Source of the DNA: Nageia nagi
Taxonomy: Eukaryota > Plantae > Pinophyta
Reading direction: 5' to 3'
Length of the DNA: 64,000 bases
Assembly: GCA_050084985.1 (NCBI GenBank)
Contig: JBITNC010000002.1
Span: 38,068,001-38,132,000, forward strand
Shown here: in pieces, positions 53,201 to 62,199 of the stretch
How the letters are laid out: each line of letters begins with the position of its first letter
Numbering within the stretch: the first letter of the stretch is position 1
The notes under the pieces: generated by a model
The model's input: the letters and a program-made list of their open reading frames with translations, nothing else
What the model was told of the DNA's origin: nothing
The model's database searches: none
Program-made: the position numbers and the translations under genes

Positions 53201-56200
53201 TAATCAGGACTTAAAAATAATCGTGAGTAATGACTGTAAATAGAGATTATAAATTTGTTTGGGACAGATGTAGCCGAGTGGATTAATCCACCATTCACAG
53301 GTACAATCTATGTCATACACCCATAAAATTGATTGGATTCATTTCGTTGGGTTTGGTTAATCTTTTTGATATGATATATATAATCAATATAAAGAAAGAA
53401 AGTATATTAATGTCCTCGGGTGACCAAAAGCGATCAATGGGACTAGTGTGTACAATCATGATCCATACTCCAGTAAGGCCTCGAAAAGGGCCCAAACAAA
53501 TAGGAAGCATAAAGCAAGTAACATAAAACAAATGCGCCCTGTACAAAAGAGCTACAAACCTGAAAGGCAAGGAGAAGCAAAAATGGATAGAACAATTAGG
53601 GAAGCATCTTGGGTCTCTCCAAGAGAGAGCACGCGGGTACTCCCCCCTTTGAGGAGAGATCTTGGTAGTCTCTAAAGGACAAGTCAATGGAACTCCGGAT
53701 GGGGAGGAAGAAGGACAAGATGTGACGAGTCCTCAATTTAGTTTGACTGTCTTGGTGTCGTTTCCTAATATGATGTGTGCTTTGTGGAGAATCCTCGTTG
53801 TTGCCTGCGTACCATATCAGTAGAAGAAGCTTGGAAAAAGATGTGATGCAGTGGTCCCTTAGGTGTGAGTTAGAAGATGCTTCCGTAGAAGGAAGTCCTC
53901 TTTGAAATAAAGAGCTAAGCAACACTGATCAGGGTACCAAAGAAAGACAGAAAAATAGAATTGTTGTAAAATATTTATAAATATATATTCACCCAAAAGA
54001 CATAAATAGAATTTGTCTTTACTCTATTTGCATATACAAGAGATTTAGATGTATTTGTATAAATACAAATTCAAATGAAAAAGACTGTGAAGTCCTTCAA
54101 TATGTTAAGGATGAATATCTACCCAAACTATCTTAGTGAATGATTATATCATTCAGATAACTTTCAGGTTTCGCCAAAATCAAATGCCACTCATGTAGCA
54201 AAAGTATTCTTTTGCAGGTAATGATCTGATTGAATCCCAAAAAGATTCATCTTTAACACACATTTCTTTTCCTCTTACCATTTACCGTGTAGTAAGTTGA
54301 GTATACTATTCAATATCTTCAACAAATATAAGTTATAACTTAATCTTGATTAGTGGGGCCATTTGCTTTGAAAAATAATTAAGTTATTTCAATTTAAACA
54401 GTTGGCTTTATTTGGAGACATTTTATTAGATGGGAAGAAATTTGAAAAACAAGGGGAAAGTATGGGACATGTTCCAAATCCTATGAATACAATGGGCAAA
54501 GTGAAACTGAATATCAGATTGAATGAACCACTAAAAAGTTTGGGGGATTAAAAAGTGAATAAAGGGAGATTAGAAGAAGAATATAATAGTTTGTGGAAAA
54601 GGTGGAATCCATAAATCCATAACTAATTGTAATATTTCAATTGCTCTTGCCAGACATGATGAAAAAAGTGTTACAAATAGGATATGATCCCAAACACAAT
54701 AGTACTTTTGTATGATTTCTGATAGCTACAATTATAGCATTATCATCATGAGGAGGGGTAGATTGTGTGGAAGGAAGCAAAGACTGCTTATAGGAGCTAG
54801 ATGTTGAGGATATGCTGTAGGGGAAAGTGTGAAATTGTTAAAAGAGTTAAATGCATTTTATGAATATAAGATTATATTATTTGACGTATTAGTCAATTTG
54901 GTTTGCAGAGGTTTTGCTGCTCCATTGAATTATGCATATTATGGTATAATAATTATATGTAATAGATTTGATGAATTATTTGCAGCTAATTGTATTATTG
55001 CCTCTATTAGGAATCAACAGGCCTTATTGGAAATTGTACATCTAAAAGAGATTTTATCATTAAATATGTAGAAGCATGCCAAATGCCCGTGATAGAAGTA
55101 TTATCTCTTATTGAATATATTTGAGACGGTTGGATCTGAACTTAACTACGTGTCTGAATATTATTTAGACATAAGGGATCAAATATTTTTCCAACCAGTA
55201 TTGTACTTTCTGATCTTTATCTTAATGCCATTGATGATGACAAACATCAAATAAATAATAAGGAAACTTTACTTGGGTTTACGACAATTTAATTGAGAGT
55301 TTTATTTCATTTATTTCTTAGCCATTGAATAATAGTTTGCATTAGTGCAAATTGATGAAACCCTCATCCTCGAATGTCAGACAGGTAATCATCATACTTT
55401 GTGCATCTTGGTCACTCTTTTGAGAGGCCTTATCAGCTTGTCCCTTACTCTCCTTCACTCGCAAGTCAATCTACTCCTGAATCTTCCGTATCAAGGCTAT
55501 CCCACTTACCTCTTTATTTTTGTTCAGAACCTCTAGTTTCAACTTCAACTTTTTCTTTTCTGCAAAGTATCTTGTCTGTTTCTGCTCTTTGGCTTTTCTT
55601 TGAGATAACATTCTCAGCCATGAGCTCTCTTCTTTCTTCACCACCTGTGTCCCAACATATTACTATTGAATTGAGTATCCAAGTACTCTCAAGTGATCCA
55701 TTGTTTGCTGAAAGCCTCATTTCTATTCTGCTGCTTAGCACTTAGTACCCCAATACATACAATCTTCGTTGTCTAATGTCTACTAGTGAGTGTGCCACAG
55801 GGAATTTGAAGTATGTGAATCCGTATGATCTTTGAAATTTGTGACTCACTATGATGCTGAATGTTTATGTAACTTATCACCAGTAGTTTTGAGTCTTTGA
55901 CCACTGTATCCACCCTAGTTTGTCACGGTGCCTCCTCTGCCTAAATGAAGTTGCAAACTGCTCGCATTGTCTCTTTCACATAGTTGATGACCCTGGTCTA
56001 GAATTCAACAGTTTCTGTTTTTGTACCCTAGAGAAGATTTAGCCACTAGCAATGGCCGTTTGGCTTTCTGCTCATGCATCTTTGTCTATTTTCAACTATT
56101 TGATCAATCAGTGGCATCTTCTCATCAGCTTGCTTATGTTAATAGTCTTGTTTGCTTTTGTTTCATCATTCACACTATTGACCATAGCATCTAGTAGGTT

Positions 56201-58753
56201 TGTTTTTACATAAAAAAGTTTACATAAGAAACACAAATTGATTGTGTCCAGTAGAGACATGGAGAACATTTCCTGATGAGTGGGTTTCTAATTTCTATTT
56301 AATGGAGAGGCTTTTGAATATGGAAACAGGCATGTGCTTGAAGCATCAAAAAGTTTCTAATAAATGTAAATAATAAGAATAGCTGAGTAATCAGGAAAAG
56401 AAGCAATTGGATGTGATGACCTGTGATATTTGATTGCGTCCTTGGTTTATTAGTTTACAAAGTAAAGGGCATACCCAGCGCAGCTGTTGGCTTGCAACCG
56501 TTACATACAGCCCTTCCAAAATTAATCTGAATACAACACTGGTTCTTTTGCTGAGTAACCAGAAAAAGGAGCAATTGAATGCAATGAGAAAAGATAATTT
56601 CATTGTGTTCTTGGTTTCTTAATACATAATGCAATGGGCATACCCTAGGTAACATTTGTCTTCCCATCCTCACATACAACCTTTTGAAAGTAGTCAAAAT
56701 GTGTAAAGTTTGCTTCAAAGCATGCAAAATTTGTTGAGAATCCTCATATTACTTGGAGTATAGCTATATGCTTTGAATATGTGTCTTGACCATAGAATAA
56801 AAAAATTGGTTTTTTGAAAACATGGTCTAGGGCCAAATACGTAAAAATGGCCAATAAACGATCAAAGTACGGTGAATAAGGCAAAAAATCGCGGATTTAA
56901 AAATTCATAAATATGGAAAATACAACAAAAAAGGGTTAAGAAACGGAAAATACTGGAAAAGTACGCGATAAAAAAATGGAAAATTCAGCAAAATTATGGA
57001 CAAAAGACTGGAAAAAACGTCAAATTTGGGAAAAATACATGGTGCATTGAAAAATTAAAAAACATGCAATTTTTTTTAACTTTTTCTATAGAATATGCTT
57101 ATCTAATTGCCATAAATGATCATAAACAACCATCTCATCTACCAAAACATTCATAAATTATAACATCGATATATGAAAATAAAAGTCATCTACGAAATGT
57201 ATGTTATATCAAAATGTCTATTCATAAAATCATAAATCATAACATTGATATATGAAAATAAAAGACATCTACAAAATGTATGTCAGATCAAGATGTCCTC
57301 TCTTGCTCCTCTCTCTTTTTCCCAACCCTGCAAAGAAGAAATGATATGAAAATCCCTCTTTTGTCCCTTTATTTCTCCTTTCCTAGCCGCCCATGCCAGA
57401 CCCACATTTTCATGGCGTACGGTGTTTTTTTCCCGTTTATTCATCATTTAAACACTGCAGACGCGAAAAATGCATTTTTTTCCCACTTTCCTCACTTCTG
57501 CACCTATCATGCCACATCTTGTAGGCATGTTTGGCATTTTTTTGCCATTTAAACGTCCTTTGTAGGAAAAGAGGGTTAAAATGGCGCATGCTTTTTTTCC
57601 ATTTAACTGCACCTCGCGTTTTTTAACCGTCTTTGGCGTCTTTTCCCATTTGGCATTTTTTTGTGAAATTCCCCATCTTTATGGCGTTTTTTTTTCGTTT
57701 TTTAGGCTTTTTTGGCTGTTTAAACTGGCATTTTTTGGAAGAAAAAAACAGAGTTTATTCCATTTTTTAAAGGAAAATACGGATTTTTTTGAAAAATGCA
57801 AAAAATTGCATCGTTTTATTCTATGGTCTCGACTGTTAAATTTGGTTATTTATTTTTGATTGGCCTATATAAATTAATGACATTCTCGTTTCCTTATATC
57901 TAGTATGGAGTTGTTTACTTTGATTGATAATTGTTAATAATTCTTAATGTTATTCGTAATATTCCGACTGTACAGAAATTTTGAGAGCTGATGGTAAACC
58001 ATTTCATTTTTTATAGGTAGATTCAATATTTGGTGCTGCAAAGCAAACATATTTGCTTCGCAAACTCCTGATATCATACACATCTGTTGATAAACGGCAG
58101 ACAATTTTCGCAAGTGCATCAATTCCACAACATAAGCGGTTTATCGAAGATTGCATTCAGCATAAATGGACTAAGGTTTGTTGCTTCAGTATGTGTTTTT
58201 AAACTCGAAAATTCTAAACGTCATTTTTCAAATTGACAAGACCAAGGACTATTATAGGGTGAAATGATGTCTTCTGTTGCTACAAATGTATTCTGCAGAG
58301 AGATGTGGTTCATGTTCATGTCCACCCAATTGAGCCAATGCCTCTACATCTCTCTCACAGATATGTGGTAAGTGATGTTTAAAATCAAATTACATGTCTT
58401 GCCTAATTGTCATTATGACCTCACTCTTCACTTTTTGAGTAAGTTTCTCCCTTTTTCTTCTTTGTATTATATTATGTCTCAGTTACCAAAGTGTTTATTT
58501 ATCCATCGTATATCCTTAATTTACTTGAATACTTCCATTAGAGATTTATGGAAAGTATTTCTTTGAAAGTTGTATCGTTTGGATATTTCTTTTCCACATG
58601 TGAGCATGTTTTGTTTAGAAGTGCCAGGGAGACATGAAAATGTCTAGTGGAAATTTCATGCAGATGTGCCAGAAGACTGAAAAGCTTGATATTCTCGTCT
58701 CTTTACTAAAGATGGATACCCCAAAGTCAGCAATCATTTTTGTAAATGAGCAG
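9678..58753 (+). CDS. RH58: DEAD-box ATP-dependent RNA helicase 58, chloroplastic-like; join(9678..9994,30931..31024,35625..35738,35855..35983,36566..36670,58017..58175,58299..58367,58664..58753), 3'-partial
   Basis: All introns GT-AG with consistent phases, 359 codons without a stop. Transit-peptide-like N-terminus, Q motif ([13 protein letters not shown]), Walker A (AQTGSGKT), [27 protein letters not shown]. Closely follows Arabidopsis RH58 as I recall it. Helicase-C exons not found in the window. Confidence 0.93.
10505..10610 (+). mobile_element. Possible tRNA-derived SINE remnant
   Basis: GC-richer island with A-box-like TGGCCTGATGG (10514) and B-box-like GGTTTCAAATCC (10549); no TSD or tail seen. 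Confidence 0.35.
12329..14574. mobile_element. hAT-type MITE copy 1 (contains the LINE insertion 12964-14530)
   Basis: 12329-12960 is the reverse complement homologue of 31358-31990. Ends TAGTGTT.. / ..ATAATTTTG; degenerate TSD GTTCTGAG/GTTCTAGG. Confidence 0.75.
12964..14530 (+). mobile_element. 5'-truncated non-LTR retrotransposon (RTE/RTE-X-like LINE), copy 1
   Basis: RT C-terminal motifs [24 protein letters not shown]; C-terminal [22 protein letters not shown]; ends GGACATTAATATA(TTTC)n. Confidence 0.85.
19130..22683 (-). mobile_element. hAT element C nested in B, intron-containing transposase pseudogene (22292-19562)
   Basis: TIRs CAAGGTTCCAC / GTGGACCCTTG; perfect 8-bp TSD TCTATTTC (19122, 22684). 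ORF pieces [42 protein letters not shown]. Confidence 0.95.
23270..23445. repeat. Three tandem 46-bp copies plus a short duplication inside hAT B
   Basis: GCAATACATAGCTCCCTCTAACTTTGAGAGAAAGTCAAAACAAAGT at 23271, 23317, 23363. Confidence 0.9.
24471..24580. repeat. 46-bp tandem repeat, ~2.4 copies
   Basis: AGGTTGCAGGATTGAA.. at 24471, 24517, 24563. Confidence 0.9.
24698..25524. mobile_element. Non-autonomous hAT/MITE D (827 bp)
   Basis: Perfect 13-bp TIR CAAGGTTAAATGG / CCATTTAACCTTG; TSD GAAATCAA/GAAATCAG; no coding remnant. Confidence 0.92.
26172..26347. repeat. ~87-bp tandem duplication
   Basis: TTATAAAG..GAATCAAGACAAGGTG..AGACAT.CTTGAAT.AGTAA present twice. Confidence 0.8.
27933..30358 (+). 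mobile_element. Non-autonomous LTR retrotransposon (TRIM/LARD-like, 2426 bp); LTRs 27933-28187 and 30063-30358
   Basis: Both LTRs TGTTGGAAACCTAATCCTTAGGG..GGGCCTTACA. Decayed tRNA-iMet PBS (TAGTATCAAAAC) after the 5' LTR, PPT AAAGGGGAGAA, TSD AAGCT/AAGCC; no gag/pol motifs inside. Confidence 0.92.
30931..31024 (+). CDS. RH58: RH58 exon 2 (Q motif)
   Basis: Acceptor TTTCAG; [31 protein letters not shown]; donor GTGGTT; phase fits exon 1. Confidence 0.93.
31358..31990. mobile_element. hAT-type MITE copy 2 (633 bp)
   Basis: Perfect 8-bp TSD GACTATTG (31350, 31991); imperfect TIR CAAAGTT / AACTATG; homologous to 12329-12960. Confidence 0.92.
32330..32460 (+). mobile_element. Small copia RNase H C-terminal relic
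   Basis: Translates roughly [27 protein letters not shown]. Confidence 0.55.
34075..34522. repeat. Three diverged tandem units of ~140-155 bp
   Basis: AAGCTAGAG(T)ATCTTCAGAATTTGT..TCTGCATG..ATCTAGGAATTAT near 34138, 34278, 34433. Confidence 0.85.
34750..34934 (-). mobile_element. Possible tRNA-derived SINE
   Basis: GC-rich island; minus strand starts GGGGAGTTGG and has B-box-like GGTTCTAATCT (34866-34876). Confidence 0.35.
35625..35738 (+). CDS. RH58: RH58 exon 3 (motifs I, Ia)
   Basis: [38 protein letters not shown] between TGTAG and GTTAG. Confidence 0.95.
35855..35983 (+). CDS. RH58: RH58 exon 4
   Basis: [28 protein letters not shown] between TGTAG and GTTTG. Confidence 0.95.
36566..36670 (+). 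CDS. RH58: RH58 exon 5 (motif Ib, first half of DEVD)
   Basis: [35 protein letters not shown] between TGCAG and GTACT. Confidence 0.95.
37162..40912 (-). mobile_element. hAT element E, near full-length transposase pseudogene (BED finger, DUF659-type core, dimerization domain)
   Basis: TIR CAAAGTTTTAAA / TTTAAAACATAT; TSD CTAAATAG/CTAAAGAG. ORFs [54 protein letters not shown]. Confidence 0.95.
41018..41141. repeat. ~59-bp tandem duplication
   Basis: AGCTTGTTGTGTCTTGGCATTTGA..TTTGAAAC.TGCCTCAGT twice. Confidence 0.85.
42459..42572. repeat. ~59-bp tandem duplication
   Basis: AAAGAATGGAATCATCTTACTTGGATCATTGGATGAATG.AGTCATGTCCTAAG twice. Confidence 0.9.
42855..42925 (+). pseudogene. tRNA-like Pol III unit (tRNA pseudogene or SINE head)
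   Basis: Consensus A box TAGCTTAGTGG (42862), B box GGTTCAAATCC (42894), T-run at ~42920; box spacing too short for a full cloverleaf. Confidence 0.55.
43180..44154 (+). mobile_element. LINE copy 2 (same family as 12964-14530), 3' fragment; 5' limit approximate
   Basis: [31 protein letters not shown] aligns with copy 1; same 3' end GGACATTAATATA(TTTC)n. Confidence 0.85.
44257..44292. repeat. (TA)n microsatellite
   Basis: Uninterrupted TA run. Confidence 0.95.
44794..44922 (-). pseudogene. Captured PLS-class PPR fragment
   Basis: [37 protein letters not shown] matches the PLS PPR consensus. Confidence 0.9.
45106..45266 (+). pseudogene. Captured tetraspanin (TET) large-extracellular-loop exon fragment
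   Basis: [38 protein letters not shown]|GT resembles plant TET GDYSxWLQ..NWNKIRSC..LSxIQ; ends at the intron that precedes SGCCKP. Confidence 0.88.
45971..46415 (+). pseudogene. Captured 5' end of a second PLS-class PPR gene (frameshifted)
   Basis: ATG 45971; [69 protein letters not shown]. Confidence 0.88.
46843..51003 (-). mobile_element. hAT element F, transposase pseudogene (50420-47444), nested in the Helitron
   Basis: TIR CATAGAAT(A/T)AAAA; TSD ACATAAAC/ACATGAAC. BED finger [40 protein letters not shown], acidic tail. Confidence 0.95.
53391..53930 (-). mobile_element. LINE copy 3, 3' fragment; 5' limit approximate
   Basis: Reverse complement ends TCCCATTGATCGCTTTTGGTCACCCGAGGACATTAATATACTTTCTTTCTTT, matching copies 1 and 2. 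Confidence 0.85.
56791..57825. mobile_element. Non-autonomous hAT G (1035 bp), internal-deletion relative of F
   Basis: TIR CATAGAATAAAA / TTTTATTCTATG; TSD GTCTTGAC/GTCTCGAC. Left part aligns with 46843-47260, right part with the region from ~50440. Confidence 0.93.
58017..58175 (+). CDS. RH58: RH58 exon 6 (completes DEVD, motif III)
   Basis: [37 protein letters not shown] between TATAG and GTTTG. Confidence 0.95.
58299..58367 (+). CDS. RH58: RH58 exon 7
   Basis: [23 protein letters not shown] between TGCAG and GTAAGT. Confidence 0.93.
58664..58753 (+). CDS. RH58: RH58 exon 8 (motif IV)
   Basis: [30 protein letters not shown] between TGCAG and GTGTC. Confidence 0.93.
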
Positions 58754-59723
58754 GTGTCGAATTTTTGAAATTTTTATTATAAAGCTTAAATTCTATACTT
58801 CCTATCTGTTCCTAATCTTTAATAAATGTATTTAGGGAAGAAATTAACTCTAGACTCCTAGAGATGTAGAAACAAAGGCTAATATGTCTCTACTGAGCTA
58901 TTTTGGGAGATGAGTTCACTATAGTTTCCAAGTTGCCATTGGTCGCCTGTCATTATATGCTTATGTTGTTTATATTGAATTTTGATGTGGTGCAAGGTTG
59001 CATGTGGTTATATGCTTAAATTGTTTATTTTGAATTTTGATTAGGTGCAAGGTGCATGGTTTCAAAACATAAACAAGGAAATATGTTGAACAAAGTAGCG
59101 GGGAAGTAAGATGATGAGATTTACTTTCTTGTCACATAAGATAATCCTAATTACACTGAATTCCAAATATACATGTTGTATTTAAGCGGCCACTAGTGAC
59201 ATTATCGCAGGCCATCCTCTAGAGGTTATTATCACACAGGTGCTCAACATGATCATTACTGTTGCTAACTCAGATGGTGAGATCAACTAATGGTTTTGTA
59301 CCTGTAGCTTGAGAGAAGACCTCATAACTGCTTTCGTAGACAAACAAGTTTTTAATTCTTTTAGGGTTCTTCAATTGTGTGTCTTTTAGTTGTTTTTCTG
59401 GAGATGTCTTTGCACTACCTCTTTATCTAATGCATGATTTGATGTGCTTACTAGGCCTATTGATCGACTTTGGTTATCAATGGACACTAATATAATTCCT
59501 TTATTTACACATGTTATGATTAGAGGATTTTGGGAAGCTATATTGCACTACCTCTCAAGATTTTGAGATAGGTCTACTTGATGAGTTATTGAAAAACTTG
59601 TGTAGTCATGAGCTGAGTCAAGGTTGGTGAGTAACTTGTGCACAATAGGATTGAAATTTTGCAGATGCGTATAGCTAATTTGACTTTCTTGTTTCAAACT
59701 TGTGCATACTCACCAAGTCTGTT

Positions 59724-60060
59724 TGAAACCTTAGATAATCTCATGAAAAGTGCCCAAATGAAGTATAAAAAAAGTTTTTTTGATGGTTGTCGATCATTTC
59801 AATTTGTGTTGAGCACAAAAAATAGAAAAAAAAGTGTCTGCAAACAGTTATCAAACACTATTTAGAGGCTTAGATCACAATCTTTCAGTGATGAAACCTT
59901 CGATAATCTCATGAAAAGTGCCCAAATGAAGTATAAAAATGTTTTTTTGATGGTTGTCGATCATTTCAATTTGTGTTGAGCACAAAAAATAGAAAAAAAA
60001 AGTGTCTGCAAACAGTTATCAAACACTATTTAGAGGCTTAGATCACAATCTTTCAGTGAT
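59724..60060. repeat. Near-perfect 168-bp tandem duplication
   Basis: TGAAACCTT.GATAATCTCATGAAAAG..CAATCTTTCAGTGAT starting at 59724 and 59892. Confidence 0.95.
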
Positions 60061-60141
60061 CTTATCAATTTGCCATTGCCTTTACCATATGATATTTTTC
60101 TATGTACACTTCATGAGGTCTGGTTTGAGCATGTTTAGAGG

Positions 60142-61850
60142 TGTAATGTCCCCTTTTGAAGACCTTGTGGACCCCACTCATACTAACTCATTAAAATGTC
60201 AAATCAGCATAGTCAAAGTGGGGTGCACTTTTTAGTAGCATTAGTAGTGATTTTTGTATTAAAAATAAATGTAAAAAATAAAATAAAGTGGCGTTAGGTG
60301 AGGGGAAATAAAGTGGCATTAGGTGTGGGGCCACTTAATGAGTGATTAGAAGCCTCCTAAGTGGATGGCTAGATATATAAGCTAGGAGCGCTCCATTTGG
60401 GGCATTATTATGTGATTTTGATATTGTGAAATTGAGAGTGAATGGTTGATCCCTTACTCACTTTCTGCAGACTAGGGCTGATCTCAAAATCTTCAGAAGA
60501 AGTCAATCTTGTAGACAAGGGCTGGTCCCTTTCTCTTGGTTACAGATTCAGGGGCTGATCCCCTGGATCATTGTGAGATTGAATCCATTTAGGGTTCACC
60601 ACTTGGGCATCATTGTTGCAGATTTCATCTCAGTTCGGAGGGTTTGTGTGGAGCTTTTTGGTGTGTTTCAAATCAGATCTGCCTCCTAGAAGAACACGTC
60701 CAACCTTGCTGATTTTTATGTGCATGTTTGAGGGCTGATTTATGTATTTTGATGGGTTATCTATGTATTATAACTTGCAAAATATTTTAATAAAAATTTG
60801 TGGAGTGTGAATCTGATCATTTTTTGAGATTTCTGGTTCATTTCTGAGTGAAATTGTAGATCTGAAGTTTGTCATCAGATCTGAAGGTCTTGAGGAAAGA
60901 TCTATCAGATCTGAATGTTTGGTGAATAGATCTATCAGATCTGAAGGTTGTTGTGGTGAATAAAAATTGTGGTGTGAAATGTAGCAATTTTTGTGGCTTT
61001 TGGCGCCATTTTTTAATAAATTGCAGATCTGAAATATTTTGGTAAAACTGAATATTGATCTACGATTTAAGGCTTATCATTGACTAGATTTGATAAATTT
61101 GATTAGATCTGATTTTTATTGGCAAGATCATTAATATTTTTGGTTATGGTTCTTACCGTGGTATCGGAGCTAAGATCTTGCCAGCCTATGAGTCATGGGC
61201 CTTCCAATGGGATGCTTGGTGAGGTGTGTTGGATGCAAAATGACTATGAGCATGGCTACGGGAGTTACAAAGTTTTTATGCTCTAATTGTAAGCTTCCGC
61301 AGGTGTTACCTCTAAATCACACCAAGAAGGTGAGAGCTCAATTTCTTAGTCTTTACCCATGTTTCTAAGAATGGTGCTAGGAAAGCCAAGCACACATAGA
61401 TATAGCGTTAATGATGATATTGTTGAAAGTAAGCTTGAAGAGAAAGTTGATCCTGAAGTGAAAGTCTCATCAATTTTAGATTTGGAAAAAGATGCCTTGT
61501 CTCAAGAGGTGTTCATAGCTGAACTCCAAAATGAATCCACCACAATTGAGGAATCATGTTTGTTCCCTAGCAATAGTCCTTTAATTCATAATTGTGATAT
61601 TTTGATGAAGTTTGTGGGAATCGAGGATTTGGACCATCTGTTTTAGACTTTGGTATCAACTTGACATCTATTGGGCATCGGTTACACTTTTTAACATTTC
61701 CCAAAATGAAAGTAGTACTTTATCCCGATGTGAAGGTGTGACGATTGATGTTAATTGTTATCAATTGCTAGCACAACCAAAAATTAATAAAATAGCTCAT
61801 ATGTTGGCTTTTGTCTTCTAAAACCCAATACGACATCACCACAAGACAAC
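60142..61850 (+). mobile_element. 5' LTR (60142-61157), PBS and decayed internal region of an LTR retrotransposon, probably gypsy-type; right limit uncertain
   Basis: Begins TGTAATGTCCCC, TATATAAG at ~60375, ends TCTTACC followed by tRNA-iMet PBS TGGTATCGGAGC (61159-61170). Confidence 0.75.
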
Positions 61851-62199
61851 AAATCAAATGTGATGGAAGAACGTGGGAAGAACTTAGAGTTTGGATGAAA
61901 ATTCTAGTTTGATATCATAAAAGTGGAAACAGATTCAAAATACATGACCTAACATGCATGTTATGAATTAACCATCCAAGACTAGTTTCAAACACTTTGT
62001 AAAATAATGCAATGGTATTTTCCCTAAAACTTGTATGTTTTCAAAGGAAGGATGCAAAAGTGCACAAACCAATGAAGATAGCCCTTAAAGATCAACTCAC
62101 AACACCACAAATGTATAGTCAACTTCGATTTTTGCTTTAACCACTTTGTATTGATTTATAAAAGAGTTATGTAGAAATAGATCAATTTGCTCCTCTTTT

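Larger units (their letters stand above)
41850..54330 (-). pseudogene. Possible ancient plastid ycf2 insertion (NUPT), fragmented by later insertions; limits approximate
   Basis: Weak but collinear minus-strand resemblances to ycf2 recalled from memory: FARK*SFCPVY (~51170), KTSLINT*TI (~42810), SILFSW..KKLIYTL..SIVVNM*L (~42310-42420), [14 protein letters not shown] (~41990). Confidence 0.35.

Noticed and set aside
55330-56200. Decayed coding-like stretch, possibly hAT
   Set aside because: Only vague similarity; no TIR, TSD or diagnostic motif.
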